DNA of 62,287 bases, the filler included. It is 7 parts of 7 records of this genome, joined end to end, with 100 filler letters (N's around TTAATTAATTAA, not from the genome) between each part and the next. Parts side by side here need not be neighbours in the genome. Positions count along the whole stretch, not along the records: positions 32,103 to 42,855 come from SRR31156797_44690; positions 42,956 to 53,532 come from SRR31156797_44717; 5 more parts are not named here. One strand, written 5' to 3'. Under the pieces are notes generated by a model. The model did not search any database. It was not told the origin of the DNA and was given only the letters and a program-made list of their open reading frames with translations. Shown in pieces: positions 39,115 to 49,329 of the stretch; within the stretch, counting starts at the first letter, position 1, and each line of letters begins with the position of its first letter. Position numbers and translations under genes: made by a program.

Positions 39115-39940
39115 AAATTACAGTTTTAGTTTCTTCCTGAATAAAAAATTGCAAATCCATTGCAAAAGAAACAATTTCGCAAGCTTTCTGCAATTCTTCC
39201 ATTTTAATTTGCCCTGAAAATTTTCGCAATCTTACTGTATCCGAAGCATTTATTTTATAGCCAAACCGATTCTCCAGCTTTTCAAAAATTTGGGATAAAG
39301 GATCATTCTTCCATATATAATTTCCATTTAACTCATCCAAAACCATTTCATTTTCAATGACTTCTGGTTTTAATTCAACGTCTGAATCAATTACCAGGCC
39401 AGTCGATGGTTTCAGAATTGCCTCTTTCTTTCCAGTTTTAACGGCTACTTTTCCCGATAAACAATTTACTTCGGCAGTACTGTTTTTATATGCCGAGACA
39501 AAAAATACTGTTCCTAAAACAGTCACTTTACCTTCTTCAAATATTACATCAAAACGTTTACCCGGCATTATTTCAAAAAGTGCTTCACCAGTTAGTTTAA
39601 CTCTCCTTTTACCGGTTATAAACGAATAATTAACGGCACATTCAGAACGTGGGTTTAATGTAATTTCAGAACCATCGGGTAAGGTAATATTTTGTTGTTC
39701 TCCCACTACGGAAAAATATTTTTTTGATATAAACACAGAATCGGTTAAAAAAGTAAACAACACAGCAATTAATATCGATGCGGCAACAGCTATACTTTTT
39801 CTTTTATAAATTGGTATTGTTTTCTGTGCCGGAACATCGGCCATTTTCTCTTTTAACATTTCCCAGGCTGCCTCTTTTTCTCTGGTTTCAGGTATTTTAA
39901 AACCTTTCACCCAATTGTCCGTTTTTATTTGCGCCTTCAT
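39098..39940 (-). CDS. FecR family anti-sigma factor
   Basis: LPDGSEITLN, LTGEALFEI, VTVLGTVF. Confidence 0.88.
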   Translation of the reverse strand: MKAQIKTDNWVKGFKIPETREKEAAWEMLKEKMADVPAQKTIPIYKRKSIAVAASILIAVLFTFLTDSVFISKKYFSVVGEQQNITLPDGSEITLNPRSECAVNYSFITGKRRVKLTGEALFEIMPGKRFDVIFEEGKVTVLGTVFFVSAYKNSTAEVNCLSGKVAVKTGKKEAILKPSTGLVIDSDVELKPEVIENEMVLDELNGNYIWKNDPLSQIFEKLENRFGYKINASDTVRLRKFSGQIKMEELQKACEIVSFAMDLQFFIQEETKTVIFENSK

Positions 39941-40449
39941 AATTTTACCTCCTCTCCCATTTTTGTTCGTAAAATCGAAAGCGCTTTAGACATCTGTTTT
40001 TCAATGGCTTTTACACTCACCTTCAAACTTTCAGCAATTTGTGTATAAGTCATTTCGTCAATGCGGCTCATTAAATAAATAACACGGCATTTTTCGGGAA
40101 GTTCTGAAATGGTATTTTGTAGTTTCTGGTCGAATTCTTTAAGTTCTAATAAATACTCGGGCGATTCGTTTTCAACCCTTTCCAGATAAGTTGATTTGAA
40201 TTTAAGATCGTATTTTTTTTGTCGGATATTTTTCAGAAAACAGTTACGTGCAATGGTAAACAAAAATGAGCGAACGGTTTCATGTTTAACTTTTTCACGT
40301 TTTTCCCACAATTGCAGGAAAACGTCCTGTACTAAGTCTTCGGCCAATTTTATATCGCCCGAAAGATAAAACAGGTAGTTCCGGATGTATTCATAATTGA
40401 GGTCAAAAACATCTTTAAACCAACTCTCTGTGCCTGCTTCAACTTTCAT
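39937..40449 (-). CDS. ECF RNA polymerase sigma-70 factor
   Basis: AEDLVQDVFLQLW; LPEKCRVIYLMSR…TYTQIAE…VKAIEKQM. Confidence 0.93.
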   Translation of the reverse strand: MKVEAGTESWFKDVFDLNYEYIRNYLFYLSGDIKLAEDLVQDVFLQLWEKREKVKHETVRSFLFTIARNCFLKNIRQKKYDLKFKSTYLERVENESPEYLLELKEFDQKLQNTISELPEKCRVIYLMSRIDEMTYTQIAESLKVSVKAIEKQMSKALSILRTKMGEEVKL

Positions 40450-40621
40450 AAAATGATTGTATCAAATCTATTGAAATTAGATTGAGGTAAACTTATATAT
40501 TAACTCAATTAAAAAGTTTTTATTTTCCAAATATAACAATTACAACCCACGATGAATACCTGTTTTTATTCATTGAACAAAAAGATATACACCATTCAAT
40601 GTGTTAAAAAAACTATCAATA

Positions 40622-41749
40622 TTATTCTTTAACTGAAAATTTATAAATGGTAGTTGAATTCAATTCTTCGCCCGGTTGTAATAATGTAGAAGGGAAATTG
40701 GGTTGATTCGGGCTATCGGGAAAATGCTGTGTTTCCAGGCAAAATCCGGTTCTTTTTGTATATGGTATCCCACTTTTTCCTATCTCAGTTCCCTTTAAAT
40801 GATTCCCCGAATAAAACTGCACTCCGGGTTCTGTTGTGAAAACTTCCATATATCTTCCGCTTTCGGGCTCGTATGCACTTGCCGCAAATGCCAGTTCATT
40901 TTCACCTTTATTTATAACATAATTAAAATCGTAACCGGCGCCGAACGCGAGCTGCTCATTGTCGGAATCAATTCGTTCGCCTATGCTGTGCGGAGAGGTG
41001 AAGTCTAATTCTGTTCCTATAATATCCATTATTTCTCCGGTTGGAATCATTCCACTATTTTTTACTGGCGTTGCTTTTTCGGCATTAATTACCAGTTTAT
41101 GCTCCAGGATATCTCCGTTCCCCTCACCTTTCAAATTAAAATAACCGTGATTTGTAAGATTAAAATGGCATGCTTTATCCGTTCTCGCTTTATAATCAAT
41201 TTTTAATTCATTGTCTTGTGTTAATGTATATGTAACCATTGCCATTTTATTTCCCGGAAAACCAAATTCACCATCCGGGCTTTCAATAGTAAAAACTGTT
41301 TTGTTTCCGTTTTTTTCATAATCCCACACTTTCCGAAACCAGCTTTCGGGGCCTGAGTGTAAACAAGCTTCTCCGTTGTTTACCGGAAAATTATATGTAT
41401 TTCCATCGATGGTGAATTGTGCACCGGCAATTCGATTGGCAAATGGCCCAACTACTGCTCCATGACTTGCACTGTATTGTTCGTAATCCTGAATAGAATT
41501 AAAACCCAGCATAACATCTGCAAATTTTCCATTTTTATCGGGAACATAAATTGAAACTATTTTTGCACCATAATTTGTTAATGTAACTACCATACCATTT
41601 TCGTTTTCCATGGTAAACAATCGGGTAGTTTTTCCATCAATTACACTTTCAAAATCGGACTTTTTATAAGGCATTTCAATACTTTTAGGTTGGTTAGTTG
41701 TACATGCAAAAACTATAAAAATTGCGAAAAGCAGGTTTAGGTTTTTCAT
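40622..41749 (-). CDS. galM: aldose 1-epimerase (galactose mutarotase), lipoprotein
   Basis: FANRI, LHSG, NLTNHGYFNL, FCLETQHFPDSPN; lipobox VFAC. Confidence 0.93.
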   Translation of the reverse strand: MKNLNLLFAIFIVFACTTNQPKSIEMPYKKSDFESVIDGKTTRLFTMENENGMVVTLTNYGAKIVSIYVPDKNGKFADVMLGFNSIQDYEQYSASHGAVVGPFANRIAGAQFTIDGNTYNFPVNNGEACLHSGPESWFRKVWDYEKNGNKTVFTIESPDGEFGFPGNKMAMVTYTLTQDNELKIDYKARTDKACHFNLTNHGYFNLKGEGNGDILEHKLVINAEKATPVKNSGMIPTGEIMDIIGTELDFTSPHSIGERIDSDNEQLAFGAGYDFNYVINKGENELAFAASAYEPESGRYMEVFTTEPGVQFYSGNHLKGTEIGKSGIPYTKRTGFCLETQHFPDSPNQPNFPSTLLQPGEELNSTTIYKFSVKE

Positions 41750-41881
41750 TTTTAATAAATATGTATAAAAATACAAATAAGCTTCGGATACCAAATTTAG
41801 AATCTCAAAAAAAAGTATTTTGTTAAAAAGATTTTTTATTTATTCTGTAGAATATGAAACGAATTGGACAAGATTTAAAAA

Positions 41882-42658
41882 CTAGTTTTCAGTGAAATAA
41901 ATTTCCACTACATCGCCTTCTTTCCATTTCTTGGCAATCTGGCAATAACCGCCCGGAGGCGCAAAATACTTTACATTTTTTACAGTAACGGTTGTTTCAT
42001 CTGCCCAGTTCGGAACACGAACAAATAACTCGATATATTGCCGCTTTTCCATGCTAAAATTAAGGGTCATTTTTCCTTGTTCCGGGAAATTTGTATTCTG
42101 ACTTATTTTTACATTTCCATGTAAAGTGTGTTCGTAATTTATTTCGGCCGGCTGAAACAGATTAACATAAATATGATCGACATCTTTTGTGTAAATATAT
42201 GATAAGATTACATCCAAAAACTCTTTTTTATATTCCATGTCTTCAGGAATTCCATGCTGAATAATTTTTTCCATTTCGACGGCATATTTTGCATCTCCTG
42301 TAATTTGAAGCAAGGTGCCGTTTATTTCCAGCCACTTAATTGTATTACTCCCATTCAATTTTAAAATATCCAAATTTGATTGAAAATTTAGCCAGGAATC
42401 TTCAAATTTCATCAAACTGAATAATTCATTTTTTTCAAAATATTCTGACTGTATTTTAACCAATTCATCAATTTCATTTTGAATTTCATAATTATCTGAA
42501 AAACACCGGATTGAATCCATTTTAGTAAAAGAAACTTCATTTAAAAAATGAACGGTTTCGGGATTTACTTTTTCCGACTTTAAAGAAGGGAATTGATTAT
42601 TTCCTGAACAGGAATATATAATTAATACAATTAAAAGTGACCAGACTCTGTAACTCAT
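41882..42658 (-). CDS. lipoprotein resembling the C-terminal part of GH127 beta-L-arabinofuranosidases
   Basis: Lipobox IYSC; LLQITGDAKYA, IYVNLF, TNFP, RVPNWA, KWKEGDVV; far shorter than GH127. Confidence 0.6.
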   Translation of the reverse strand: MSYRVWSLLIVLIIYSCSGNNQFPSLKSEKVNPETVHFLNEVSFTKMDSIRCFSDNYEIQNEIDELVKIQSEYFEKNELFSLMKFEDSWLNFQSNLDILKLNGSNTIKWLEINGTLLQITGDAKYAVEMEKIIQHGIPEDMEYKKEFLDVILSYIYTKDVDHIYVNLFQPAEINYEHTLHGNVKISQNTNFPEQGKMTLNFSMEKRQYIELFVRVPNWADETTVTVKNVKYFAPPGGYCQIAKKWKEGDVVEIYFTEN

Positions 42659-42803
42659 TATATGGGTAAAAATATTCTAAATAGTAACGTCTGTTTATAC
42701 TTTGGGTTCACAAAAAAGTAATAAATTAAGAACAAAATAACTTTATTTTTTCTCAAATAAGATTTTTGTTTAAAATAATTGAAATTCAAAAAAAATAATT
42801 CTA

Positions 42804-42811
42804 TATATTTG
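42804..42811 (+). promoter_or_regulatory. Bacteroidota -7 promoter element TAnnTTTG
   Basis: TATATTTG upstream of an ATG near the contig end; similar minus-strand elements at 40463-40470 and 41792-41799. Confidence 0.45.
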
Positions 42812-42855
42812 CATTATTGATAACTAAAAAATGCTACGATGAAGCTCTCTATTAA

Positions 42856-42955
42856 NNNNNNNNNNNNNNNNNNNNNNNNNNNNNNNNNNNNNNNNNNNNT
42901 TAATTAATTAANNNNNNNNNNNNNNNNNNNNNNNNNNNNNNNNNNNNNNNNNNNN
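42856..42955. other. artificial contig linker
   Basis: N44-TTAATTAATTAA-N44. Confidence 0.98.
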
Positions 42956-44280
42956 ACGCACACCACCTTCTTGTCGGGACGCGCCAGCTTCGCGCCGATG
43001 GTGCCGGTGACGCCAAATCCCATGGCGGTCTGTTCGGCCAGCGGCACGCAGTCGCCGACGTCGAGAACCTTGTAGTAGGGCCAGTAGTAGCACCACAGGT
43101 CGGCACCGCCATTTTCCTTCACCAGGATGGTGTCGTTCCCGAACACGCGGTTGATCGCCGCCAGCACCTGTGGCGGGCGGATCGGCGTTTGGCAGGTCGA
43201 GGACTCCTCTTCCACTTCGGCCAGGAACGGCGTGCGGATGGTCGCCACGTCTTTTATGCGCTGGGCCGCGGCGATTCGATCGATGCGTGGCTTCAGCGCC
43301 GCCGACAGATCCTCAACCGCCAGCGCCGCGTCGCCGACGACCGCCGCGTCGGGCTGCCAGTTCATGCCGATGGTGTTGGCATCGATGTCGATCTGGATGA
43401 ACTTGGCCCCCTTCGGAAAGGCCGACCACGACAGGGTCGAGAAGGCCTCGAGGCGCGATCCCACCGAAACGATCAGGTCGGCCCCGTCGTAGTACCGTTT
43501 TCCGCACTCGGTGAAATACAGACCGACCAAACCGCAGAAAAGCGGATGATCCTCGGCCATGATGCCGCGGCCACCTGGTGTGGCGTAGACCGGAATCCCC
43601 ATTTCCTCGGCAAGGCCCCGCACGGCCTCGGCCGCACCCGACGAAACGGCGCCGCTGCCACACAGCAGAAGCGGTCGTTGTGCCGCGGCGAGTAGCTCTG
43701 CCGCGGCCTCGACGGCCCCCGTCTCGGGACGGGTCCGGTTCCGGCCCGAGTGCGGCCGGTAGTCGCGCTCCATCTCTACCGTCTCCGAGCCCAGATCCGA
43801 GGGGATGTCGATGAATACCGCCCCGGGGCGGCCGTTGCGGGCCAGGGAAAAGGCGCGCTGCATGACCCAGTTGGTCTTGCGGGTGTCATTCACGCGTACC
43901 GCCCATTTGGTGACCGGCTTCATCAGGGCCATCGTGTCCAATTCCTGGAACGCCCCCATGCCGTCGTGGCACTCGACCACCCCGTTGGCGATGGCGATGA
44001 CCGGAACGCAGCCGCTCGTCGCCTCCAGCAGGCCGGTGACCAGGTTGGTGGTGCCGGGTCCCGGATTGGAAAAGACGATGCCCGGCCGCCCGCTCGTCCG
44101 CGCATAAGCGTACGCACAGGAAACCGCCCAGGGCTCGTTGCGGACCAACACGAACTTGATGTCCGTGTGCTCGACCAGATCCTCGATGAGATTCTGCGGG
44201 TTGCCAGGCAATCCGAAGATGTACTCGACGCCCTCGGCCTTCAGGGCCATTGCAATGGCGTGCCAAGCAGTGCTTTTCAT
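42956..44280 (-). CDS. thiamine pyrophosphate-binding enzyme (acetolactate synthase-like family), 3' truncated
   Basis: GVEYIFGLPG, RNE, GPGTTN, AFQELD, GRPGAVFIDIP, AMGFG. Confidence 0.9.
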
Positions 44281-44318
44281 GGATGGTCTCCTTATCTTTT
44301 TTCCTGGCTTCCGCGGGC

Positions 44319-45194
44319 TTAGCCAGCGAACAGCGGTTCAGGAAGGCCGCGTGCCCCGAGCCCGTGAACGACGAACAAAGCGCCTGCCTGCGGCTGCGCC
44401 GCGTCCTTCTCGGGGGCGAGGAAACGGGTCGCCGACGTTATATAAAGGTCTTCGAGCGTACCTCCGCCGAAGGTACACATGGTGGGATGCCGCACCGGCA
44501 GGTCGATTCGGCGGTCGAGGCGGCCATCGGGCGCGTAACGGGCGATGTGGCCGTCGTGGATCATGGCACACCAGTAGTATCCCTCGTCATCGACGGTGGC
44601 GCCGTCGACGCGGCCCGGCATATCTTTCGTCGAAAGGAACACGCGGCGATTGGCGATGGTGCCGGTCTCGATTTCGAAGTCATAGGCATACACGGTGTCG
44701 GCTCGTGTATCGGCAAAATACATCACGGTATCGTCCGGGCTCCAGGCAATGCCGTTGGAGACCGTGATGCCGGTGTCCATGCGATGGCAGGTGCGGTCGG
44801 GATCAAGGCGCCAAAGCATCCCGTCAGGGCGCGTTAGCGACATATCGATGGTACCGCACCAGTACCGTCCTCGGCGGTCGCACTTGCCGTCGTTGAGCAG
44901 GATTTTCTCGCCGGGTTGCGGGTCCGCGATAGTCTCGAAGGTGCCGGCCTCGAGGTCGACGAAACGGAAGCCGGACTTCATTCCGGCGACGATGCCGCCT
45001 TCCCGACGAAACACCAGCGAACCGATGAGTTCCGGCGTCGGCCAGGTTCGCACGGCGCCGTTTGCCGGGCTATAGCGGCGAATGGCCATGCCGTAGGCAT
45101 CGACCCAGTAGAGCGCCTGCTCGGAAGCGTTCCAGATCGGTCCCTCGCCAAGAATGTCCCGGACCTCGGCGACGCATTCGATGTCGATCATCAT
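44319..45194 (-). CDS. SMP-30/gluconolactonase/LRE family protein
   Basis: LGEGPIW, LNDGKCD, SNGIAWSPD, DGATVD, PTMCTFGG. Confidence 0.92.
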   Translation of the reverse strand: MMIDIECVAEVRDILGEGPIWNASEQALYWVDAYGMAIRRYSPANGAVRTWPTPELIGSLVFRREGGIVAGMKSGFRFVDLEAGTFETIADPQPGEKILLNDGKCDRRGRYWCGTIDMSLTRPDGMLWRLDPDRTCHRMDTGITVSNGIAWSPDDTVMYFADTRADTVYAYDFEIETGTIANRRVFLSTKDMPGRVDGATVDDEGYYWCAMIHDGHIARYAPDGRLDRRIDLPVRHPTMCTFGGGTLEDLYITSATRFLAPEKDAAQPQAGALFVVHGLGARGLPEPLFAG

Positions 45195-45341
45195 TCTCTC
45201 CCCATCCAATCCGCGTGCCGCCGGCCGCAGGCTCCGGCAGCTGCCGCGGACGGGCACGGAATCCCCGCCTCATCGGTTGCCCAGATATCTCAGCAGTTCA
45301 CTGCCATCTCGGGATTCCGGTCCTTTCCAAGCCGACGGCGA

Positions 45342-46841
45342 TCAGGACACCGCGATCCAGATGGTTTTGGTCTGGGTGTATTGCTCCATCGCCTCGGTGC
45401 CGTTGTCGCGCGCCAGTGAACCCGATCGGCGATAGCCGCCGAACGGAGTCTTGATGTCGCCTTCGGTGAAGGCATTGATCGCGACGGTGCCACAGGGCAA
45501 CCGCCGGGCCATGCGGATGGCCCGGTCGATATCGCGGGTGAAAACGGTGGCGTGCAATCCATAAACGGTATCGCGGGCGAGCGTCAGCGCCTCGGCCTCG
45601 CCCTTTACCGGAATCACCCCGAGGACGGGTCCGAAGATTTCCTCGCGGGCGATGGTCATGTCGGGCGTTACGTCGGCGAACACGGTGGGCTCGACGTAGT
45701 AGCCGGGCAGCCCGGCCGGCCGGTCGCCGCCGGCGCGCACGGCCGCACCCTCGCGCCGCCCGCTCGCGATGTAGCCGAGAACGCGTTCCTGATGCTCCTT
45801 TGTGATCATCGAACCGATCCGCGTTTCGGGATCGAGAGGATCGCCGACTTTCCACGTTTTGAGCTTATCGAGAACCTTGGACAGGAAGTCGTCCTGAACC
45901 TTCACGTCCACGATTTGGCGCATGTTCGCCGAGCAATTCTGCCCGGCGTTCCAGAAAGCGGAATTGACGGCTTCGTCGATCAGTCGATCATCGATGGCGG
46001 CATCGTCGAGGACGATGAAAGGACTCTTGCCACCCATTTCCAACCCAACGGGCTTGAGGTTGCTTTCGCCGGCATACTTCAGGAAGTAGGCGCCCACCTC
46101 GGTGGAGCCGGTGAACGAAACGACGTCAATGTCGGGATGTCTGCCGATCGCCTGCCCCGCCGTTTCGCCGAGACCGGGCACGACGTTGAGTACGCCGGAA
46201 GGAAGCCCGGCCTCGACGGCCAACTCGGCCAACCGCAACGCAGTCAACGGCGATTGCTCGGCCGGTTTGACCACGGCGGAGCATCCGGCGGCCAGCGCCG
46301 GGGCCAGCTTCCACGCCACCATGAGGAGGGGGAAGTTCCAGGGCAGGACCAGGCCGGCAACACCGACCGGCTCCTTGACGATCAGGGCCAGCGCATCCTC
46401 GCCGGTCGGCGCGATCTTGCCGAAAACCTTGTCGGTCAACTCACCGTACCATTGGAAAAAACCGGGGACCTCGATGCCGATTTCGTGCTGGCAATCCGTG
46501 ATCGCCTTGCCCGTATCCAGGCTTTCCATCACAGCCAAGGCCTCGGCCTCGCGACGCACCAGGGCGGCCAGTCGCAGCAGCACCTCCTTGCGTTCCTCCG
46601 GGGCGACGCGCGACCATACGCCGGCCTCGAATGATCGGCGCGCCGCGGCGACCGCCGCATCAACGTCGGTGCTGTCGCAGGACGCGACCGTGCCGAGGAT
46701 CTCTCCGGTCGCGGGGTTCACATTCTCGAACACCTGGCCGGACACCGCGGGCCGGAATTCTCCGTCGATGAAGGCATGGTTCGGAAGCGCCAGGTTGGAG
46801 GCGATCGTCCGGTAATACGTAAGCGTTTTGTTTTCTACCAT
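45342..46841 (-). CDS. NAD(P)-dependent aldehyde dehydrogenase (PuuC-like)
   Basis: PWNFP, FTGST, LEMGGKSP, NAGQNCSA, EEIFGP. Confidence 0.95.
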   Translation of the reverse strand: MVENKTLTYYRTIASNLALPNHAFIDGEFRPAVSGQVFENVNPATGEILGTVASCDSTDVDAAVAAARRSFEAGVWSRVAPEERKEVLLRLAALVRREAEALAVMESLDTGKAITDCQHEIGIEVPGFFQWYGELTDKVFGKIAPTGEDALALIVKEPVGVAGLVLPWNFPLLMVAWKLAPALAAGCSAVVKPAEQSPLTALRLAELAVEAGLPSGVLNVVPGLGETAGQAIGRHPDIDVVSFTGSTEVGAYFLKYAGESNLKPVGLEMGGKSPFIVLDDAAIDDRLIDEAVNSAFWNAGQNCSANMRQIVDVKVQDDFLSKVLDKLKTWKVGDPLDPETRIGSMITKEHQERVLGYIASGRREGAAVRAGGDRPAGLPGYYVEPTVFADVTPDMTIAREEIFGPVLGVIPVKGEAEALTLARDTVYGLHATVFTRDIDRAIRMARRLPCGTVAINAFTEGDIKTPFGGYRRSGSLARDNGTEAMEQYTQTKTIWIAVS

Positions 46842-46846
46842 CGGCC

Positions 46847-48295
46847 CTACTCCTGTCGGTGTCTTTCGGCCGCCGGAGCCCGTGCGTTCCCGGGGTGGCG
46901 CTGCATTTCCGGCATGGGGAAGGGGTGTACGGCCTCGAATGCCCGGCTGGCCCTCAGGACCAGGGCGTCGGCATACTTCGGTCCCACGACCTGAAGCGCG
47001 ACGGGCAAGCCGTCGTCGGTCAGGCCGCATGGCACGGTCGCGGCCGGTTGCTGTGTCAGATTGAAGGGATATGTAAAGGGCGTCCAGTCAAGCCAGTTGT
47101 CCAGGTCCCGCCCCGGGGGTGTCAATTGACCGGCTTCGAAGGCGGCAAGGGGCAACTGCGGAGTGAGAAGCAGATCATAGGTCCGGTGGAACCGCGCCAT
47201 TGTGCTGCCCATCTCCTCGCGGGCGAGTTCGGCCCGGACCCGATCCAGGGCCGAGAATCTCCGCCCGCGTTCGGCGCATTCCAGAATCGGTTGGTCCAGC
47301 AGGGGCCATTTCTCGGTTGGCACGCTATCGACCGCATAAGCCACGCCCATATTCCAAAGATCTTCAATCAATTGCCGCGGGTTACCGATGTCGGGATCGG
47401 CCTCCTCGACCGTGGCTCCGAGGTCGACGAATGTTTCCACGGCCCGGTCCACATGGTGCAAGACCTCTTCGTCGCACCAGGCAAATCCGAGGGTCCGGCT
47501 ATAACAAATGCGCAGTCCGCGCACGCCGTCGTCCAGACCAATTCGGTAGTCGCGGCCGTCGTAGGGCAATGCGAACCAATCGCGGTCGTCGGGCTGGGCG
47601 ATGACGTTAAGCATGAGGGCCGCGTCACCAACGGTGCGAGTCATGGGTCCGTGGTGGGCAAGAGAGGAGCGCCCCTCCCACGGGTAAGCGGGAACCACTC
47701 CGAACGTCGGCTTGAGCGAGAAAATGCCGCAGAAACCGGCAGGGATGCGGACCGACCCCGCCGCATCGTTGCCGATGTGCAGAGCGCCCATGCCCAACGC
47801 CGCGGCGACGGCGGCGCCACCGCTTGACCCGCCGGCAGTACGCTCGGGATTCCAGGGGTTTCGGGTAATACCCGCAAGGGGGCTGTCGGTCACGCCTTTC
47901 CAGCCGAATTCCGGGGAGTTGGTCTTGCCAAGGAATACCGCGCCGTTCTCGCGCATGCGCGCGACGGTTGGCGCATCGACGGTCCATTCCTGGTTGGGGT
48001 CGGTGCTGCGAGATCCCCGCAAAGTGGGCCAGCCTTTGGAAAGCACGACCTCTTTGATGGTTGAGGGAATGCCGTCAATCAAACCGCGAGGTTGTCCAGC
48101 CATCCACCGCACTTCGGATTCACGGGCCGTCTCAAGGGCGGATTCCGGATCGACCAGCCTGAACGCATTGACGATGCCATCCACGGCATCTATGCGGTCG
48201 AGCGCCGCTTTCGCCACCTCTACCGGCGAGAGTTGGCGGTTGCGAAAACGCCGCAGCAAATCGGCAGCCGACATCAGACTGGGATCGTCGATCAT
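46847..48295 (-). CDS. amidase (amidase signature family)
   Basis: GKTNSPEF, GGSSGG, GSVRIPA. Confidence 0.93.
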   Translation of the reverse strand: MIDDPSLMSAADLLRRFRNRQLSPVEVAKAALDRIDAVDGIVNAFRLVDPESALETARESEVRWMAGQPRGLIDGIPSTIKEVVLSKGWPTLRGSRSTDPNQEWTVDAPTVARMRENGAVFLGKTNSPEFGWKGVTDSPLAGITRNPWNPERTAGGSSGGAAVAAALGMGALHIGNDAAGSVRIPAGFCGIFSLKPTFGVVPAYPWEGRSSLAHHGPMTRTVGDAALMLNVIAQPDDRDWFALPYDGRDYRIGLDDGVRGLRICYSRTLGFAWCDEEVLHHVDRAVETFVDLGATVEEADPDIGNPRQLIEDLWNMGVAYAVDSVPTEKWPLLDQPILECAERGRRFSALDRVRAELAREEMGSTMARFHRTYDLLLTPQLPLAAFEAGQLTPPGRDLDNWLDWTPFTYPFNLTQQPAATVPCGLTDDGLPVALQVVGPKYADALVLRASRAFEAVHPFPMPEMQRHPGNARAPAAERHRQE

Positions 48296-48389
48296 CCTCT
48301 CGTTTCCTTCCGCACAACCGTTCCGTCATTCCGATCTTGACACCCTCTCTACCGTAATCTATCCGTATGTTCTTTCCAATGAAAAATGT

Positions 48390-48406
48390 GTTCTGTAGAA
48401 TGGAAC
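48390..48406. promoter_or_regulatory. putative IclR operator (copy 1) between divergent amidase and hydrolase genes
   Basis: Reverse complement GTTCCATTCTACAGAAC matches 50175-50191 at 15/17. Confidence 0.7.
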
Positions 48407-48425
48407 TCTTGCGACTGTCTTTTAC

Positions 48426-49322
48426 ATGGTGAAGGAGTGGGTCGTGAACTGGAGAAATCTGTCCGAGGACGAGATCGAGTACGAATTCAACCCGCAGCAC
48501 TCGGTCGAAAATTTCTCATCCTATCAGGTGGAACGTACGCGCATCAGCGAACAGGCCCGCCGGGAAATCAAGGCCGACCTCGACGTCGCCTTCGGTGACA
48601 CCCGCACGCGCAGGCTGGATGTTTTTCCGGCTGAGGGAGCGGGTGGCACGCCGGGTCGACCGCCGGTTCATATCTTTTTCCACGGTGGATATTGGCGAAC
48701 GCAGGATAAGGCCAATTTCGCCTTCGTAGCAAAGACGCTGGTCGCGCAAGGTGTAACGACGGTGGTCGCCAACTACGACCTGTGTCCGGCTGTGACCCTC
48801 GACGGAGCCATCCAATCGTCGATGGCGGCGATCGCATGGGTCTGGCGCCACGCGGGAGACTACGACTACGATCCGGATCGCATTACGATTTCCGGTAACT
48901 CGGCGGGTGCGCACATCGCGGCTATGGCTCTGAGCCACGATTGGGCCGCGGAGGGTTTGCCGGCCGATTTGATCAAGGGGATTGTCCCGATCAGCGGCAT
49001 CTATGATCCCGAGCCCGCCATGCACACCTCGGTCAATGCCGAGATCCGCCTGACTCCTGAAATCGCACGACGCAACAACGTGCTACTCCTGCACCCGGGG
49101 CGGCCTATTCCTGTCGCCCTGTTCGTCGGCGGACTGGAGACCGATCAGTGGAAGCTACAGACGGAGCTTTTCGCGGAGCATTTGCGCCGGAACGGTTTTT
49201 CGCCGACGGTCGATATCGTGCCGGAGCGGCACCATTTCAACATAATGGACCAGTACCTTGACGAGACCGATCCGATCCCCCGTGCGATATTGAGTTTGGC
49301 CTGGGGTGAAGGTCGACCCTAG
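48426..49322 (+). CDS. alpha/beta hydrolase (arylformamidase/kynurenine formamidase-like)
   Basis: FHGGYW, NYDLCP, GNSAG, ISGIYD, HHFN. Confidence 0.88.
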   Translation: MVKEWVVNWRNLSEDEIEYEFNPQHSVENFSSYQVERTRISEQARREIKADLDVAFGDTRTRRLDVFPAEGAGGTPGRPPVHIFFHGGYWRTQDKANFAFVAKTLVAQGVTTVVANYDLCPAVTLDGAIQSSMAAIAWVWRHAGDYDYDPDRITISGNSAGAHIAAMALSHDWAAEGLPADLIKGIVPISGIYDPEPAMHTSVNAEIRLTPEIARRNNVLLLHPGRPIPVALFVGGLETDQWKLQTELFAEHLRRNGFSPTVDIVPERHHFNIMDQYLDETDPIPRAILSLAWGEGRP

Positions 49323-49329
49323 CAGCCTG

